Source: Octopus vulgaris
Lineage: Eukaryota
Reading direction: 5' to 3'
Length of the DNA: 64,000 nt
Assembly (NCBI GenBank): GCA_951406725.2
Contig: OX597832.1
Location: forward strand, 65,286,001 to 65,350,000
Below are positions 1-12,619 of the stretch, one piece after another. The notes under the pieces were generated by a model. That model did not search any database and had not been told where the DNA came from. It worked only from the letters and a program-made list of their open reading frames with translations. The number at the start of each line of letters is the position of its first letter. Position 1 is the first letter of the stretch. The translations under genes and the position numbers were made by a program.

Positions 1-312
1 AGAGAGAAATCGTGACAGCCGCAAATGTTTAAATATTCCCGCTACAGTTATTTTAGAACGGTGAATTATTATCGCTCACCACCAGCGCTCAATCATAACA
101 CATATTATTAATCAGATATATTGTGTTAATTCATATATGTGTGTGGGTATATAAATATATATATAACATGTATACATATATGTATGTGTATATATATATA
201 TATAAAGTGTATATATTTATATATATGTGTGTACATAATAAATATATATGTAGATATGTACATATAATGCATATATATGTATATATTTAATGCTTATGTA
301 TATATATATATC

Positions 313-371
<59 letters not shown>

Positions 372-374
372 TAA

Positions 375-760
375 TAATAATTATTAGGGAATAAATCCAA
401 ATTTACAGGGAAAATCAGATTTAGGATTGAATCCAAATTTATAGTAAAATATTATATTATATTAAATTAGAGACAAAATCACTATTATGCAAATCAAACA
501 AAGAAAGACTTAAGCGAATACATAAATTAATTTATATAAAAATTTAGAAATTTAACAATTATAAATAACCACTACGATCGTTTCGTGTCTTATTTCAGCA
601 CATCTTTGAGACATTCTTCAGGTGGTTTCAAAACCTAAAATATAATCAATATTTTTAAGATATAAATAATCTATATAATCTAAATAAAAATTTACTTATA
701 ATAAACTCTATTATTAAATATGATTATATCGAAATCGACTATAATGTTAAATATTAACTT
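375..760 (-). mobile_element. Penelope-like pLTR fragment (family A) next to (TA)n, carrying a hammerhead motif
   Basis: Begins at the end of a (TA)n tract. 385-590 is clearly homologous to 16210-16440 (gggaataaatccaaa..tacaggg..aaaatcag..tttaggattgaatcc). Contains the HHR at 567-627. Confidence 0.65.
567..627 (-). ncRNA. Type I hammerhead ribozyme, canonical core
   Basis: Reverse complement reads AACCAC CUGAAGA AUGUCU-(18 nt)-AGACAC GAAAC GAUC GUA GUGGUU. Stem I is 6 bp, stem II is UGUCU/AGACA, stem III loop GAUC is palindromic, cleavage triplet GUA. Confidence 0.85.
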
Positions 761-769
761 TAATTTATA

Positions 770-1123
770 AGGTAGAAAATCTGAGAGGTGGTGAAAGAAA
801 GAGTGACAGAGAGACGGCGAAGCTGCCAAACGTCGTTATAGAGAGAAATTGGATGGAAGGGAGGAAAGAGAGAGACGGAGGAAGAGAGGGTGATATCCGA
901 AAGGGAGAAACGACAAACACTTGTCGGAATGTGAGTTGTGTTGCCCTAGTAACAGCTGCTTTTGAGATAGATACGTCTAACCAAGTACACTCACTTACTC
1001 GCCACTTTTTACACGACCCTGTAAATTTTGGAGCCAATCCGACCTGATCTAGTGCCCCTTAACCCGTACCAATCGCAAAATCAGACAAACAAACTTTTCA
1101 CAATTCCGCTTTATAGATAGAGA
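770..1123 (-). mobile_element. 5' part of a non-autonomous Helitron-like element
   Basis: Minus strand starts TCTCTATCTATAAAGCGG..TTTGTTTGTCTG and shares CTCCAAAATTTACAGGG with the 5' part of the Helitron at 36991. No 3' CTAG end found. Confidence 0.5.
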
Positions 1124-1959
1124 TAAATGTTAGAATATCAATGCGCATAACACATCACTGTATAACTGCATAATTCATAGTGCGTAGAAGTGACAATTGA
1201 TATGATGTATATGCAAATTTCATATGTGTGTAAATGTGTGCAAGTAAATGTGTGGGACATAATCATAAATCTCTTTTCACCCACCAACATCTCTCATTTT
1301 GGGCGATACTTTGGAATAAGTTGTCAAGTCTAACACACTTCGAAAATCTCACCTGCAAAAGACTCATGTGTTGGGAGATATATCATAATTTCACTCCTTA
1401 GCAAATGGAGGAAGTTTTAAAGTGCGACGACTTCCATTCTATATTAAAGTGCTCCTGCACTACAAGACGGTTCGTAAAGGTGTGTAACTTTATTTAGAAA
1501 TTTATTTACATTCATTAAATATAGAAATTTTTCAGGACAGCTTTAATGTATGCTTGGGTGCGTATGCGACTGTATGTAGGCGCGTGTGTAGATGGTTGTG
1601 TTATGTTGTGAGCGTGTATGTACATATGTTTTATTGGAAATATATATATGAACAAGCCTAAAGACAAAATACAAAGATATCCTGTATATAATATTATCAA
1701 TAAATTCTACATCAGTAAACTGCCTTCTCACAGTATCAGTAAATGGGTAGCTAGTTAGAAATAATTCGATCAATAATACAAAAGAATAGATATATACATA
1801 CATACATGTGATAATGTGTATGTATGTACATATATTTTTCATGTGTATATATTCAATATTTAATTTAGTAATTACATATTTGTACGTTCAATATATATAT
1901 ATGTGTGTGTGTGTGTATGTGTGTGTATGTATGTGTATTTATATATATATATTTATCTT

Positions 1960-2350
1960 TCTTTTACTTGTTTCAGTCATTTGACTGCCGCTATGCTGGA
2001 GCACCGCTTTTGGTTTAGCAAATCGACACCGGGACTTATTCTTTGTAAGCCCAGTACTTATTCTATCGGTCTCTTTTGCCGAAACGCTAGGTGACGGCGA
2101 CGTAAACACACCAGCATCGGTTGTCAAGCAATGCTAGGGGGACAAACACAGACACGCAAACATACACACACATATATATACATATATACGACGGGCTTCT
2201 TTCAGTTTTCGTCTATCAAATCCACTCACAAGGATTTGGTCGGCCCGAGGCTATAGTAGAAGGAACTTGCACAAGATACCACGCAGTGGGACTGAACCCG
2301 GAACTATGTGGTTGGTAAGCAAGCTACTTACCATACAGCCACTCCTGCGA
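1960..2350 (-). mobile_element. tRNA-derived SINE (major family 1), near full length
   Basis: Minus-strand head GCAGGAGTGGCTGTATGGTAAG..GGTTCAGTCCC (A/B boxes), internal microsatellite, 3' end CAGTCAAATGACTGAAACAAGTAAAAG. Many copies elsewhere in the window. Confidence 0.85.
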
Positions 2351-2558
2351 TTTACATACATGTATATGTATATATATATACATACATATATGTCTATATA
2401 TGCATATATATATACATATACATATATGGATACAGGTCACCCACTGTGCAAAAAACATGAAATACGTAAACAAACGAGTTAAATATGTAAACAACAAGAA
2501 AAAGTGGAAAACAGGACAAGTAAATACAAAGAAAGTATCCTCCATCAGTTGTCGGCTG

Positions 2559-2589
<31 letters not shown>

Positions 2590-2812
2590 ATCAATATAGG
2601 GTGGCAAAAAAAAAATTTTGTAGAATTCTTTTGCCACCAGCGGCCTAGTGGGAAAAAATTAAATAGTCATAAACCATTTTTAAGTTCAACATCACAATCA
2701 AGGAACGGCCATAATAGGCCATTCACCCACTAGAAATAACAGCCAAAAGCTTTAACCGCAAAATAACGTCAATTCCGTAAACCAGGAGAAAATTAAAAAA
2801 CATTTACCCTGT

Positions 2813-2920
2813 AATTTCTTAGACGATGCACCGTTTCATCTACTGTTTAATGGAAAACTAACCTGATTAAATTAAATCAAGCCAATCTACCATAGGCCCT
2901 TAGATTCATCAGTAAGAAAT
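2813..2920 (-). ncRNA. Type I hammerhead ribozyme (mirror copy of 2973-3081)
   Basis: Reverse complement of the + strand HHR; core, stem II and stem III intact. Confidence 0.85.
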
Positions 2921-2972
2921 AGCCAAGTCGGAACAGATATTTTTCACGAGGCATTCCCGTTGCTACCTCGGC

Positions 2973-3081
2973 AATTTCTTACTGATGAATCTAAGGGCCT
3001 ATGGTAGATTGGCTTGATTTAATTTAATCAGGTTAGTTTTCCATTAAACAGTAGATGAAACGGTGCATCGTCTAAGAAATT
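2973..3081 (+). ncRNA. Type I hammerhead ribozyme with long stem II insertion
   Basis: AAUUUCUUA CUGAUGA AUCUA-(~58 nt)-UAGAU GAAAC GGUGCAUC GUC UAAGAAAUU. Stem I is 9 bp, stem II base 5 bp, stem III near-palindromic, cleavage triplet GUC at 3070-3072. Confidence 0.9.
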
Positions 3082-3197
3082 ACAGGGTAAATGTTTTTAA
3101 TTTTCTCCTGGTTTACGGAATTGACGTTATTTTGCGGTTAAAGCTTTTGGCTGTTATTTCTAGTGGGCGAATGGCCTATTATGGCCGTTCCTTGATT

Positions 3198-3318
<121 letters not shown>

Positions 3319-3344
3319 TATATATATGGACGATAATAAATGGG

Positions 3345-3565
3345 GCAATAATTAACAATAAAAAGTGGATCATTGGTGTTTTAAATTCATTGTTAAATTT
3401 AAATTGAATTAGGAGTATGTTTACAGCTGCTAATTCAATGTAATTAAACAATGACTTTAAAACACTACTGATCCACTTTTCATTGTTGACTATTACTTAA
3501 TTTCTTATCTTCACTCTATATGTATATGTATAAGTGTGTGGACATACATATATATTGTATACGTG

Positions 3566-3626
<61 letters not shown>

Positions 3627-3627
3627 G

Positions 3628-3681
<54 letters not shown>

Positions 3682-3844
3682 TACATATATATATAACCAC
3701 ATATACAATATATATGTATATTCACACACTTATACATATATACATATAGAGTGAAGATAAGAAATGCTGTGATAATCAACAATGAAAAGTGGATCAGTGG
3801 TGTTTAAAGTTGTTTAATTACATTGAATTAGCATCTGTAAATAT
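3345..3844. repeat. Nested inverted repeats centred on a (TA)n tract
   Basis: 3417-3570 mirrors about 3695-3844 across the (TA)n. In addition 3345-3410 mirrors 3430-3495. Confidence 0.8.
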
Positions 3845-3850
3845 ATACAT

Positions 3851-3932
<82 letters not shown>

Positions 3933-4329
3933 ACACACAAACGTACACACATGTACTCACGACGGGCTTCTTTCAGTTTCTGTCCACCAATAGAAATGAT
4001 ATTTCCAATGAAAATATATATGCTTTTTCGAGATCAGCGACTTTACCACACAGAAACCCGGGTTTGAGTGTATCACGTCAGGCTAGAGATGGGAGCGATG
4101 ATTTCCATTTGCAAATACTGATAGGGCACAGATAGTGTTTCATTAGCCAGATGGAGGATATGTCTTCCTGGGGCTATAAACTAGAGTAGCATCGTCCAAT
4201 ATGGGCCAGTCACATTTAGGTGGCAAATATATTTCACGATGCTACTATTTATATCTCCCCCAAAGTTTTATTTTGTGTGTGTATATATATATGTATATGT
4301 ATGTATATACATATATATATATATATATG

Positions 4330-4520
4330 TATAGTTAAAGTTAATCCAAACAAGAAAGCACTAAAAAACACAACAACGCGAGGACGTGGAACAAATATAA
4401 TATTAGTGGACGCCCAGGAAAGAAGGAAAGAAAGAGGGTTTAACGTTTCGAGCGAATTCTTCGTCGGAAACATAGGAGAAGTAAAGATCCAGAGAAGGGA
4501 AGACAGAGGAGAAAATAGCC

Positions 4521-4521
<1 letters not shown>
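4330..4521 (-). mobile_element. PLE pLTR-like fragment between (TA)n tracts with a minimal HHR-like motif at 4438-4471
   Basis: Reverse complement GUUU CCGACGA AGAAUUCGCUC GAAAC GUU AAAC: stem I GUUU/AAAC, palindromic AACGUU in place of stem III, U4C core variant, weak stem II. Confidence 0.55.
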
Positions 4522-4594
<73 letters not shown>

Positions 4595-4596
<2 letters not shown>

Positions 4597-4846
4597 CGGT
4601 TTCGATTCCCAGACCGGGCGTTGTGAGTGTTTATTGAGCGAAAACACCTAAAGCTTCACGAGACTCCGGCATGGGGTGGTGCCGATCCCTGCTGTATTCT
4701 TTCGCCACAACCTTCTCTCACTCTTTCTTCTGTTGGCCTGCTCACTTAGCCAGCGGGGTGGCGTCCTTTGAAGGCTAAAACAATGCGAAGCGCATTGTAA
4801 CTAGCGATGGGTAGCAACATCTGATAGCCTGGTCGATCACGGTGAT
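4595..4846 (+). mobile_element. SINE (family 2), 5'-truncated
   Basis: B-box-like GGTTTCGATTCCC at the start. The 3' part recurs at 36821-36933. Confidence 0.7.
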
Positions 4847-4906
<60 letters not shown>

Positions 4907-5026
4907 ATATACATATATATTTATATATATACATGCATATATATATGTATATACATATATACATATATATATATATACATATATACATATGTATATACAT
5001 ATATATATACATATATATGTATATAT

Positions 5027-5107
<81 letters not shown>

Positions 5108-5933
5108 TCTCTCTATATATAAACGGCAGTTTGTCTGTATGTGTGTCTGTGTGTCTGTCAGGTTGTACCCTCACCCTGACCACGGCTTTCAACCGATTCT
5201 GATGAAACTTGACACACACATAGCCCAATGTCATAATTCAAAACTAATGCAGCGAAAATTTTGAACAGTTCCCCCAGTTCTGTAAAAAATTGATAAATTC
5301 GACATGGGGTCGAGAATCTAAGCTTCTTATATGCAACACATTTTCTGTTGTAGTTTTCGCAACTTGCAATCGATTTTCACCAAACTCATGGTGAAGCCTA
5401 AGAAACCTAATTCTGACGTTAGTTTTCCATGCAATACCTTACCATCAGAAAAAATCGATAAAATCATGCCATTTGGGGAAATCGCGTTCAAATTCAAGAT
5501 GACATATTTTCGACAATATCTTTCACAAATTGGCAGGAATTTTTTTTTAATTCACAGCGAGCATCATGTCTGCTCCAAGGAGCTATATGGCCCTTTTTAT
5601 TCCAATAGGATACTTTATTACTGGAAAAAATTGGTTAATTAAATCATATGTGGCACACATAGCAAACCGATTTGTGTATTAAACACAAACCACAGACTGT
5701 CTAGGGGACGCAAATCGACCTTTTTAACTCTCTTGCGAGGCGCAATGATGTTTTCATGTTTTCGCCCAAAGGGACAGCTAGGAACATCGTATACACAGAA
5801 GTATTCGAGTGAAGAGAAGACATTGCAGCCTACACATGCGCCTTCGTTCCCTAGGGGGAAGGGCACTAGATTGGGATTAGTCGTTGCCTACTAGGGGCTC
5901 TTAATACCCGGGCAACGCTGGGCTATGCTGCTA

Positions 5934-5934
<1 letters not shown>
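5108..5934 (+). mobile_element. Non-autonomous Helitron (Lep1-like architecture)
   Basis: 5' TC(TC)TATATATAAAC, internal (GTCT/GTGT) tract, 3' hairpin CCCGG-GCAACG-CTGGG then terminal CTAG at 5931-5934, inside (TA)n. A related copy lies at 18594-18973. Confidence 0.8.
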
Positions 5935-5972
<38 letters not shown>

Positions 5973-6692
5973 TTTCATAGCATTTTTTCCGATGGCCGGA
6001 TAACTGAAGAGACGGTGGCGCGGATTTTCAACTCGGAGTTTTATCATGCCTACCGAATAATTGACACATATTACATTTACAGATTAATTCCTGTATTTAT
6101 ATAATATCGAGTTCTCTTTCTTTGTCCTGTTGTCTTACCATTTATATATATGTCTGAGCGTGCGTGCGAGTGTATGTGTTTATCTGTCTATATATAATAT
6201 ATATATGCACACACACATTTATATATATATGTGTGTTTGTATGTATACGTGTATATATGTATGTATATGTATATATATATATATAATGTACCTGAAAAAT
6301 TCTAAACTATATCACCTGTTTGTGCACTAAGAATATTTGTCGCATTCACAGAAAAAAACCAAAACGAAACTCTGTAACGATGCACAATCATAGACTGGCA
6401 CAGACGGACACACGCACTCATACACATTTAAATACACAGGCACAAAAGCACGTTATAAAAACACATCTACATTGACTCACATTGAACTTAAATTGCATCT
6501 GTACTCACTTAAGTTCTCTCCCTCAATCTCTCTCTCTCTGTCTCTCTTTCTCTGTCTCTGTCGATGTTTCTCTCTGTCTTTGTGTCTCTCTTCTCCATAT
6601 ATACCATATATATATATTATTCTATACACAGTTACACAAATTCGGAATATATATATAGATAGATAGATATGCATTCGTAAATACATAGCAAC

Positions 6693-6745
<53 letters not shown>

Positions 6746-7505
6746 TATATACATATATATATATGTATATATATATACATATATATATATATATACATAT
6801 ATATATACATATATATATATATGTATATATATATCCGTATATATATACACACATGTATTTACACAGACATGTATATGTATGTGCGTGTGTGTGTCTCTCT
6901 CTCTCTATACATATATATATATATATATAAATATAGATATATATAGACACACACATATCCCTTCACTAGCAACTAAAGTTTGCATATATTATCGAAAAAT
7001 ATCATGTACATTCAAATGTTTTCAACTACATGTTTACATAAATCTATCTACGTGACATTTTCCTCTTAATCCAAACTAAGAAACACCATGACACCTCACA
7101 TATTATTTATTCCGTTATTTTCCGTTTCATATGTCAAGGTTCATATAATTCTGAGCAATAGTCTGGCAGGAACTGATGCAAGACTGGCGGCACATAATTA
7201 CCCTGTATACTTTCCTGGTGGAAATTTTATAGATTTATAATATATCTATGATCCCCGTGTGTTCTCACGAACATCTCATTTAAATTCGAAAGACGTAGCA
7301 AAGATCTAGATCGAAAAACAAAGCAGTTAATTGTCTGTGGTTTCCTCCTTCACTTTCTCAAAATTTCTCTCTTACTGTCCCACCCTCTAATCTTATATAT
7401 GCGCGTGTGTGAATGTGCATATGCATACACACACACATATATATGTCCATCTGTATACATATGCGTTTATATAATCTCTATATCTATATCTATTTATCTA
7501 TTTTA

Positions 7506-7559
<54 letters not shown>

Positions 7560-7697
7560 CACACACACACACACACAGACATATATATATATATCTATAT
7601 ATATATAGACACACACACACACATATATATATACACACACACACACATACACACACACACACACAAACACACACATATATATTTATATATATATATA

Positions 7698-7885
7698 TCA
7701 TTCGCCATGATACATCGCTAGTCATGAAACTATTTTTTATTTTCTCCCTGTTATTTCTGAGTTCCTTTCTGTCGAAGAGCGTAGGTTCGAAACGTAAGAC
7801 TTTCTCACTTCTCAAGCGTTAAAATAATACATCTGTTTGTTGTTTACACACCCGTCTTCGTCTTTTGTTTTTTTTGTAAATTTTC
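7698..7885 (+). mobile_element. PLE pLTR-like fragment with a minimal HHR-like motif at 7764-7800
   Basis: UUU CUGUCGA A GAGC GUAG GUUC GAAAC GUA AGA, flanked by (TA)n. Same layout as the 4438 motif; the core is non-canonical (A6U). Confidence 0.5.
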
Positions 7886-7939
7886 ATAATATATATATAT
7901 GCCTTGTAAGTGAGTTTAGTTGACGGAAACTGTGTGGAA

Positions 7940-8170
7940 GGCGGTGAGCTGGTCGAAACGTTAGCACGCCGGGCGAAATGCTTAGCATATATCGTCTGCC
8001 GTTACGTTCTGCGTTCAAATTCCACCGAGGTCGATTTTGCCTTTCATCATTTCTGGGCCGATAAATTAAGTACCAGCTACGCACTGGGGTCGATGTAATC
8101 GACTTAATCCCCTTTGTCTGTCCTTGTTTCTCCCCTCTATGTTTAGCACCCTGTGAGCAATAAAGAAATA
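7940..8170 (+). mobile_element. tRNA-derived SINE (family 3, Meta-domain-like core) nested in a family 1 SINE
   Basis: Head GGCGGTGAGCTGG..GTTCAAATTCC, core GCCTTTCATC..GATAAATTAAGTACCAG. Flanked by an imperfect TSD ggaaactg(tg/ct)tggaa at about 7925 and 8171. Confidence 0.8.
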
Positions 8171-10019
8171 GGAAACTGCTTGGAAGGCATATGTGTGTAT
8201 ATATGTGTGTAATTTAGTTTCCACACCACAACCACATGACAGCTGTTGCTTGTATACTTACGTCCCCGAAGCATAAAGATTAAGCCAAAGAGAGTGAAAG
8301 AATATGAAACGAATTCAATAAAACCCAGTACTGGGATCGTATTGAAACAAGTCAGAGATAAAAGCTAAATGATACAAACAGAAACAAGGGCTCCGACGAT
8401 TATTTGTTTGAATGTGGAATAGAAATTATATGTTTCGAAGCATTTGCTTAAATATACTCTTTCCCAATCATCTTAGTAGAAATGTTTCCATCTTCAGGAC
8501 AGATAGCCTCTATATTGTTTGTATAAATTTGTTCTAGTCTAACCCAAATTGTAACATGCTTGTAACATTTAAAATCGCATGACGTTGCAAACGCTCCGCT
8601 ATTACTTCCTTCATTCAATATGTATTCAATATCATGGATACTCTCTATATTTATCCAGGAGTATTTATCCGATCTCTTTGGTTAATGTTTTTAGCATCAC
8701 CAATCATACTGCAGTAAAAGATTTTCTGCTATTGACGCAATGGAACTTGTATTTTCCTTGTGTCACACCCACTTTCTCTTTCTCTTTCCTCACTGAAAAC
8801 ATTAGATGCGTCGAGTAATAAACCACTTCCTAACGCCTATCACGTCACCATCAATGCTAACACACAAGGAAACAAAACGTGGCCTAAATCATTTGTTTAT
8901 AATAAACATAGTTATTTTAATCTGTTCGCAAATTCGAAATTTTTATACTTATTTCCCAATAATGCTATTTTTCCTTTCTCTTCTTTGCAATCTTACATTA
9001 GTTTTCTTTACATTCAGGATCTGAAAATGGAATTTGCCAAACAATAACCTTATACTAAAGTGGAACACTATTCAGTAGATGTTAATGTGCTAAGAAATGA
9101 AGCATGTGACCTAAGTTATATGTTGGCAATCACTATTTTTAGGAAGCGTTTATGAAATTGTCATAATGCATATAAGAGAAAATTGTTATCTTTCAAAAGT
9201 AATAACGAGAAACTGTAAATTCTTTTGGTTTTGATATCTGTCGAGAGCTTGAAGTAAACTGCAACGGGTATCACAGTGCTGCTCTTTAAATGAAAGGGTT
9301 TCTATGTCGTAGTTCAATGTTTTCTTATGAATTCCCCCTCAAATCTTTCCATACACGCTTAAATAATGTAAGTGGAATTACAGAGGACTATTTTAGAGGA
9401 CTCAGCATCTCCATTATTTAAGTACCGTGCTTCATCTTTCATTTCTTTCGCCGAATCCTTTGATTACAGCAAAGAAAACAAATCACCGCCGGTTTTGTGA
9501 ATAGAGACAAAGTCAGACCAGTGACGCCCATTTCCAAGACGTCATATGAAAGAAAAAATTCCGAGAAATTAGTGATATGCGCTTAGTAAACCACTAACTA
9601 ACGATGCTATTGTTTCCAATTTGCACCATGGGGTGCCTATCTAATTACAGAAAATATAGGTAGAGCTGTGCAACGTGTATTTGTAAGCAAGCAGAGGAAA
9701 ATGTGTTTGGTTGAAGCAATTTACAACGAAATGCCGAGAGTCTGTACACAATAGCCGTTAGGAAAAGCATAGCTTCACCAATCACTGTCGAAAGAAAACT
9801 AAGCAATTAACATTCATAGGCACACACATACAGACACACAAACACGCGCACACGCATACTATCTTTCTCTCACACATACGCGCGCGCACACACATACATG
9901 CATATAAACGCACTCACGCACACACATACACGCACACTCACATACACGCACATACACACATAGGTCTCTCTCTCCCCCTCTCTCTCTCTCACATGCACAC
10001 ACACACGAATTTAGATATA

Positions 10020-10666
10020 ATAGTTATCGCCATACTAATATGGCAGTCTATAAATATAAGACTAAAGCTGAAACATGTCTGCAGATGTCTGACTAGCAAG
10101 GTGAAGCGGCTGACCTCCCCTGTTCGAAGGTTGTAATGTACGCAGGTTCGTGTGTCATATAGCTAGCTAGAGGCGATGGCGTCTTGGAGCTAATCAGCGA
10201 CAGCTTTAGTCTTATATTTATAGACTGCCATATTAGTATGGCGATAACTATTAATATCCAGTAACGCTGCCGTAATCTCCTTTAGAGAGACTTAGTAATT
10301 TTAATATTTCTATTATTGAAAACAAGTGGATGTATTCCACTGTAACTAGGTAAATAAAATCTTCGAGCATACGGTCAGTAGCGACACCTGTTGGTTCTGA
10401 CTACGCAGCATTGATAAAGGGCAACAACCCTGAAACATGTCTGCAGATGTCTGACTAGCAAGGTGAAGCCGCTGACCTCCCCTGTTCGAAGGTTGTAATG
10501 GACGCAGGTTCGTGTGTCATATAGCTAGCTAGAGGCGATGGCATCTTGGAGCTAATCAGCGACAGCTTTAGTCTTATATTTATAGACTGCCATATTAGTA
10601 TGGCAATAACTATTAATATCCAGTAACGCTGCCGTAATCTCCTTTAGAGAGACTTAGTAATTTTAA

Positions 10667-10675
<9 letters not shown>
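10020..10675 (+). mobile_element. Tandem pLTR/retrozyme-like element: 362-bp period direct repeat with a 5' inversion
   Basis: 10068-10313 repeats at 10430-10675. 10020-10070 is the reverse complement of 10201-10251. Ends in (TA)n. HHR at the unit junction. Confidence 0.8.
10405..10446 (+). ncRNA. Minimal type I hammerhead with U3-A8 core variant
   Basis: GCA UUGAUAA AGGG CAACAA CCCU GAAAC AU GUC UGC: 4-bp stem II, palindromic ACAUGU at stem III, GUC triplet, short stem I. Confidence 0.7.
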
Positions 10676-10698
<23 letters not shown>

Positions 10699-10727
10699 TG
10701 CGTATGTGTATACATATATATATGTGC

Positions 10728-10766
<39 letters not shown>

Positions 10767-10930
10767 GAGAGAGACAGACAGACAGGTAGAAAGAGGGAAG
10801 GATAGAGTGAGAGAGTGTTGCGAAAACGCAACACATTTATGCACGTATATAAGAAAGTTACTAATAATGTAAATGGAAAAAGTGTTTCCTTTTCTTTTCT
10901 AAGGGATATTTCCATAGAAAATGGAATATA

Positions 10931-10994
<64 letters not shown>

Positions 10995-11796
10995 TATATG
11001 CCTATGTATTTATGTATGTACACACACAAACTCACTCACATAGAAAAATATGTACAGGCCTAATTTACATATCCACCTACCTGTTAAACTCTCGAAACGC
11101 AATTAAGGGTACATGCGTATTTCTATGCACATCATCTACTCACATACACTACATGTGTATATATGTGTATTCGTGTCTGTGCGTTTGCGAGTTTAATGTG
11201 TGCGTAATAAAGGAGAATGAAGTTGGTTGTTTTCAGATTCAGGAAAGATAAACAACCAAAACACAGTAAAAGCGAAACAAACACATAAACCCCAAATCTT
11301 TTGCATTTGTTTATATAAATACACAAAATATGTATTTCACTATTTGCTATTTTCACTAATCAACTGCATCAGAATTCGTGAAGTGCAATTTCGTAAACTT
11401 GTTGATCCGCCATTTTCATTCATTTCTATATAAACACACCAAAAACCAACAGCCAACGCCGACAACAACAGCAACAGCAACGACCATGACTAAAATGACG
11501 ACGACGACAACGACGACAATAACAACAAGAACAATGTAGAAGACGATGATTACGGCTGCAATAACGAGCGGTGAAACATGTTGGATTGTGTTTTAGGATT
11601 GCCCGATACATTTTCTGTATCCCTAATGATGTGACGTTAGTTTGGCAAAGACAACAAAAATAAGAGTTGATAATGTTTCTACGTAATACAGAGATTAGAG
11701 TGAAATCGGATTGGTCGCCAACGAAATATTCCAGTTAGAAAATAACTGTGAACTGTTAACATACGGTAAATAATACAGGGAGATAATTGGCTAAAT

Positions 11797-11867
<71 letters not shown>

Positions 11868-12046
11868 GTCTGTCTGTCTGTCTGACTGCCTGCCTGTCTG
11901 CCTGTCTGTCTCTCTTTCTGTTTTGTCTGTCTGTCTGTCTGTATATCCGTATGTTTCTTTATCGACCTATCTACAATACATTTTGCTTATTTGTTTGTTT
12001 GTGTGTGTGTGTGTGTTTGTACACACACAGCAAACACATATGTATG

Positions 12047-12274
12047 CAATAATCTCTCGCCATATCGCGGTTCACCTATCGCGGTTTATTATTTAAGCTT
12101 ACGTTGATTCCTCTGTGGTATTGTTTTGCGTTTATAATTTAATAAAGATATACAAATTATAATAATAAAGTATAAAAATTATACAGTACAACACTGTTTC
12201 TACTTCTTGGATTTTCACGTATCACGGGGGTGGGTGTTCTCGAATGTAACATCTGAGATAGCCAAGGGATTAAG
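12047..12274. mobile_element. pogo/Tigger-type MITE, degenerate
   Basis: Left end CAATAATCTCTCGCCATATCGCGG, right end ..GATAGCCAAGGGATTAAG. Resembles decayed CAGTAATCCCTCG-type TIRs. Confidence 0.55.
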
Positions 12275-12619
12275 GAAGTTAATTTTCTATTCAATCTCTC
12301 CTCGTCTCTATATCGTAAACAAAATACTTTCTTCATAACAAAAGGAGATTCTGAATGCATACATGTACACATACACACACACACCCACAACCACACACAC
12401 ACACACAAACACACACATGCAAATGCATACGTGTGGTTGTCTACATGTGTATTGAAGTATATGTGGGTGCTTATATAGCATATTATATATGTTGCAGTAA
12501 AACCGCATGTCAGGTGTCTTTCTTTTCTTGTAAGGAGAGTGAATTTCTCAACAATAGTCACTCGGTTACTTTGTGGACGCCTCGCCAATATATATAAATG
12601 TTCTGTGCATACGTCAATG

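Noticed and set aside
5995-6070. CUGAAGA..CCGAAUA as a hammerhead
   Set aside because: GAAA is broken and there is no convincing stem I or cleavage triplet; at best a decayed relic.
8350-9800. Unique stretch (also 22150-23400, 45350-46080, 60700-61330) as host gene sequence
   Set aside because: No ORF with recognisable homology or supportable splice structure; small exons cannot be excluded without RNA data.
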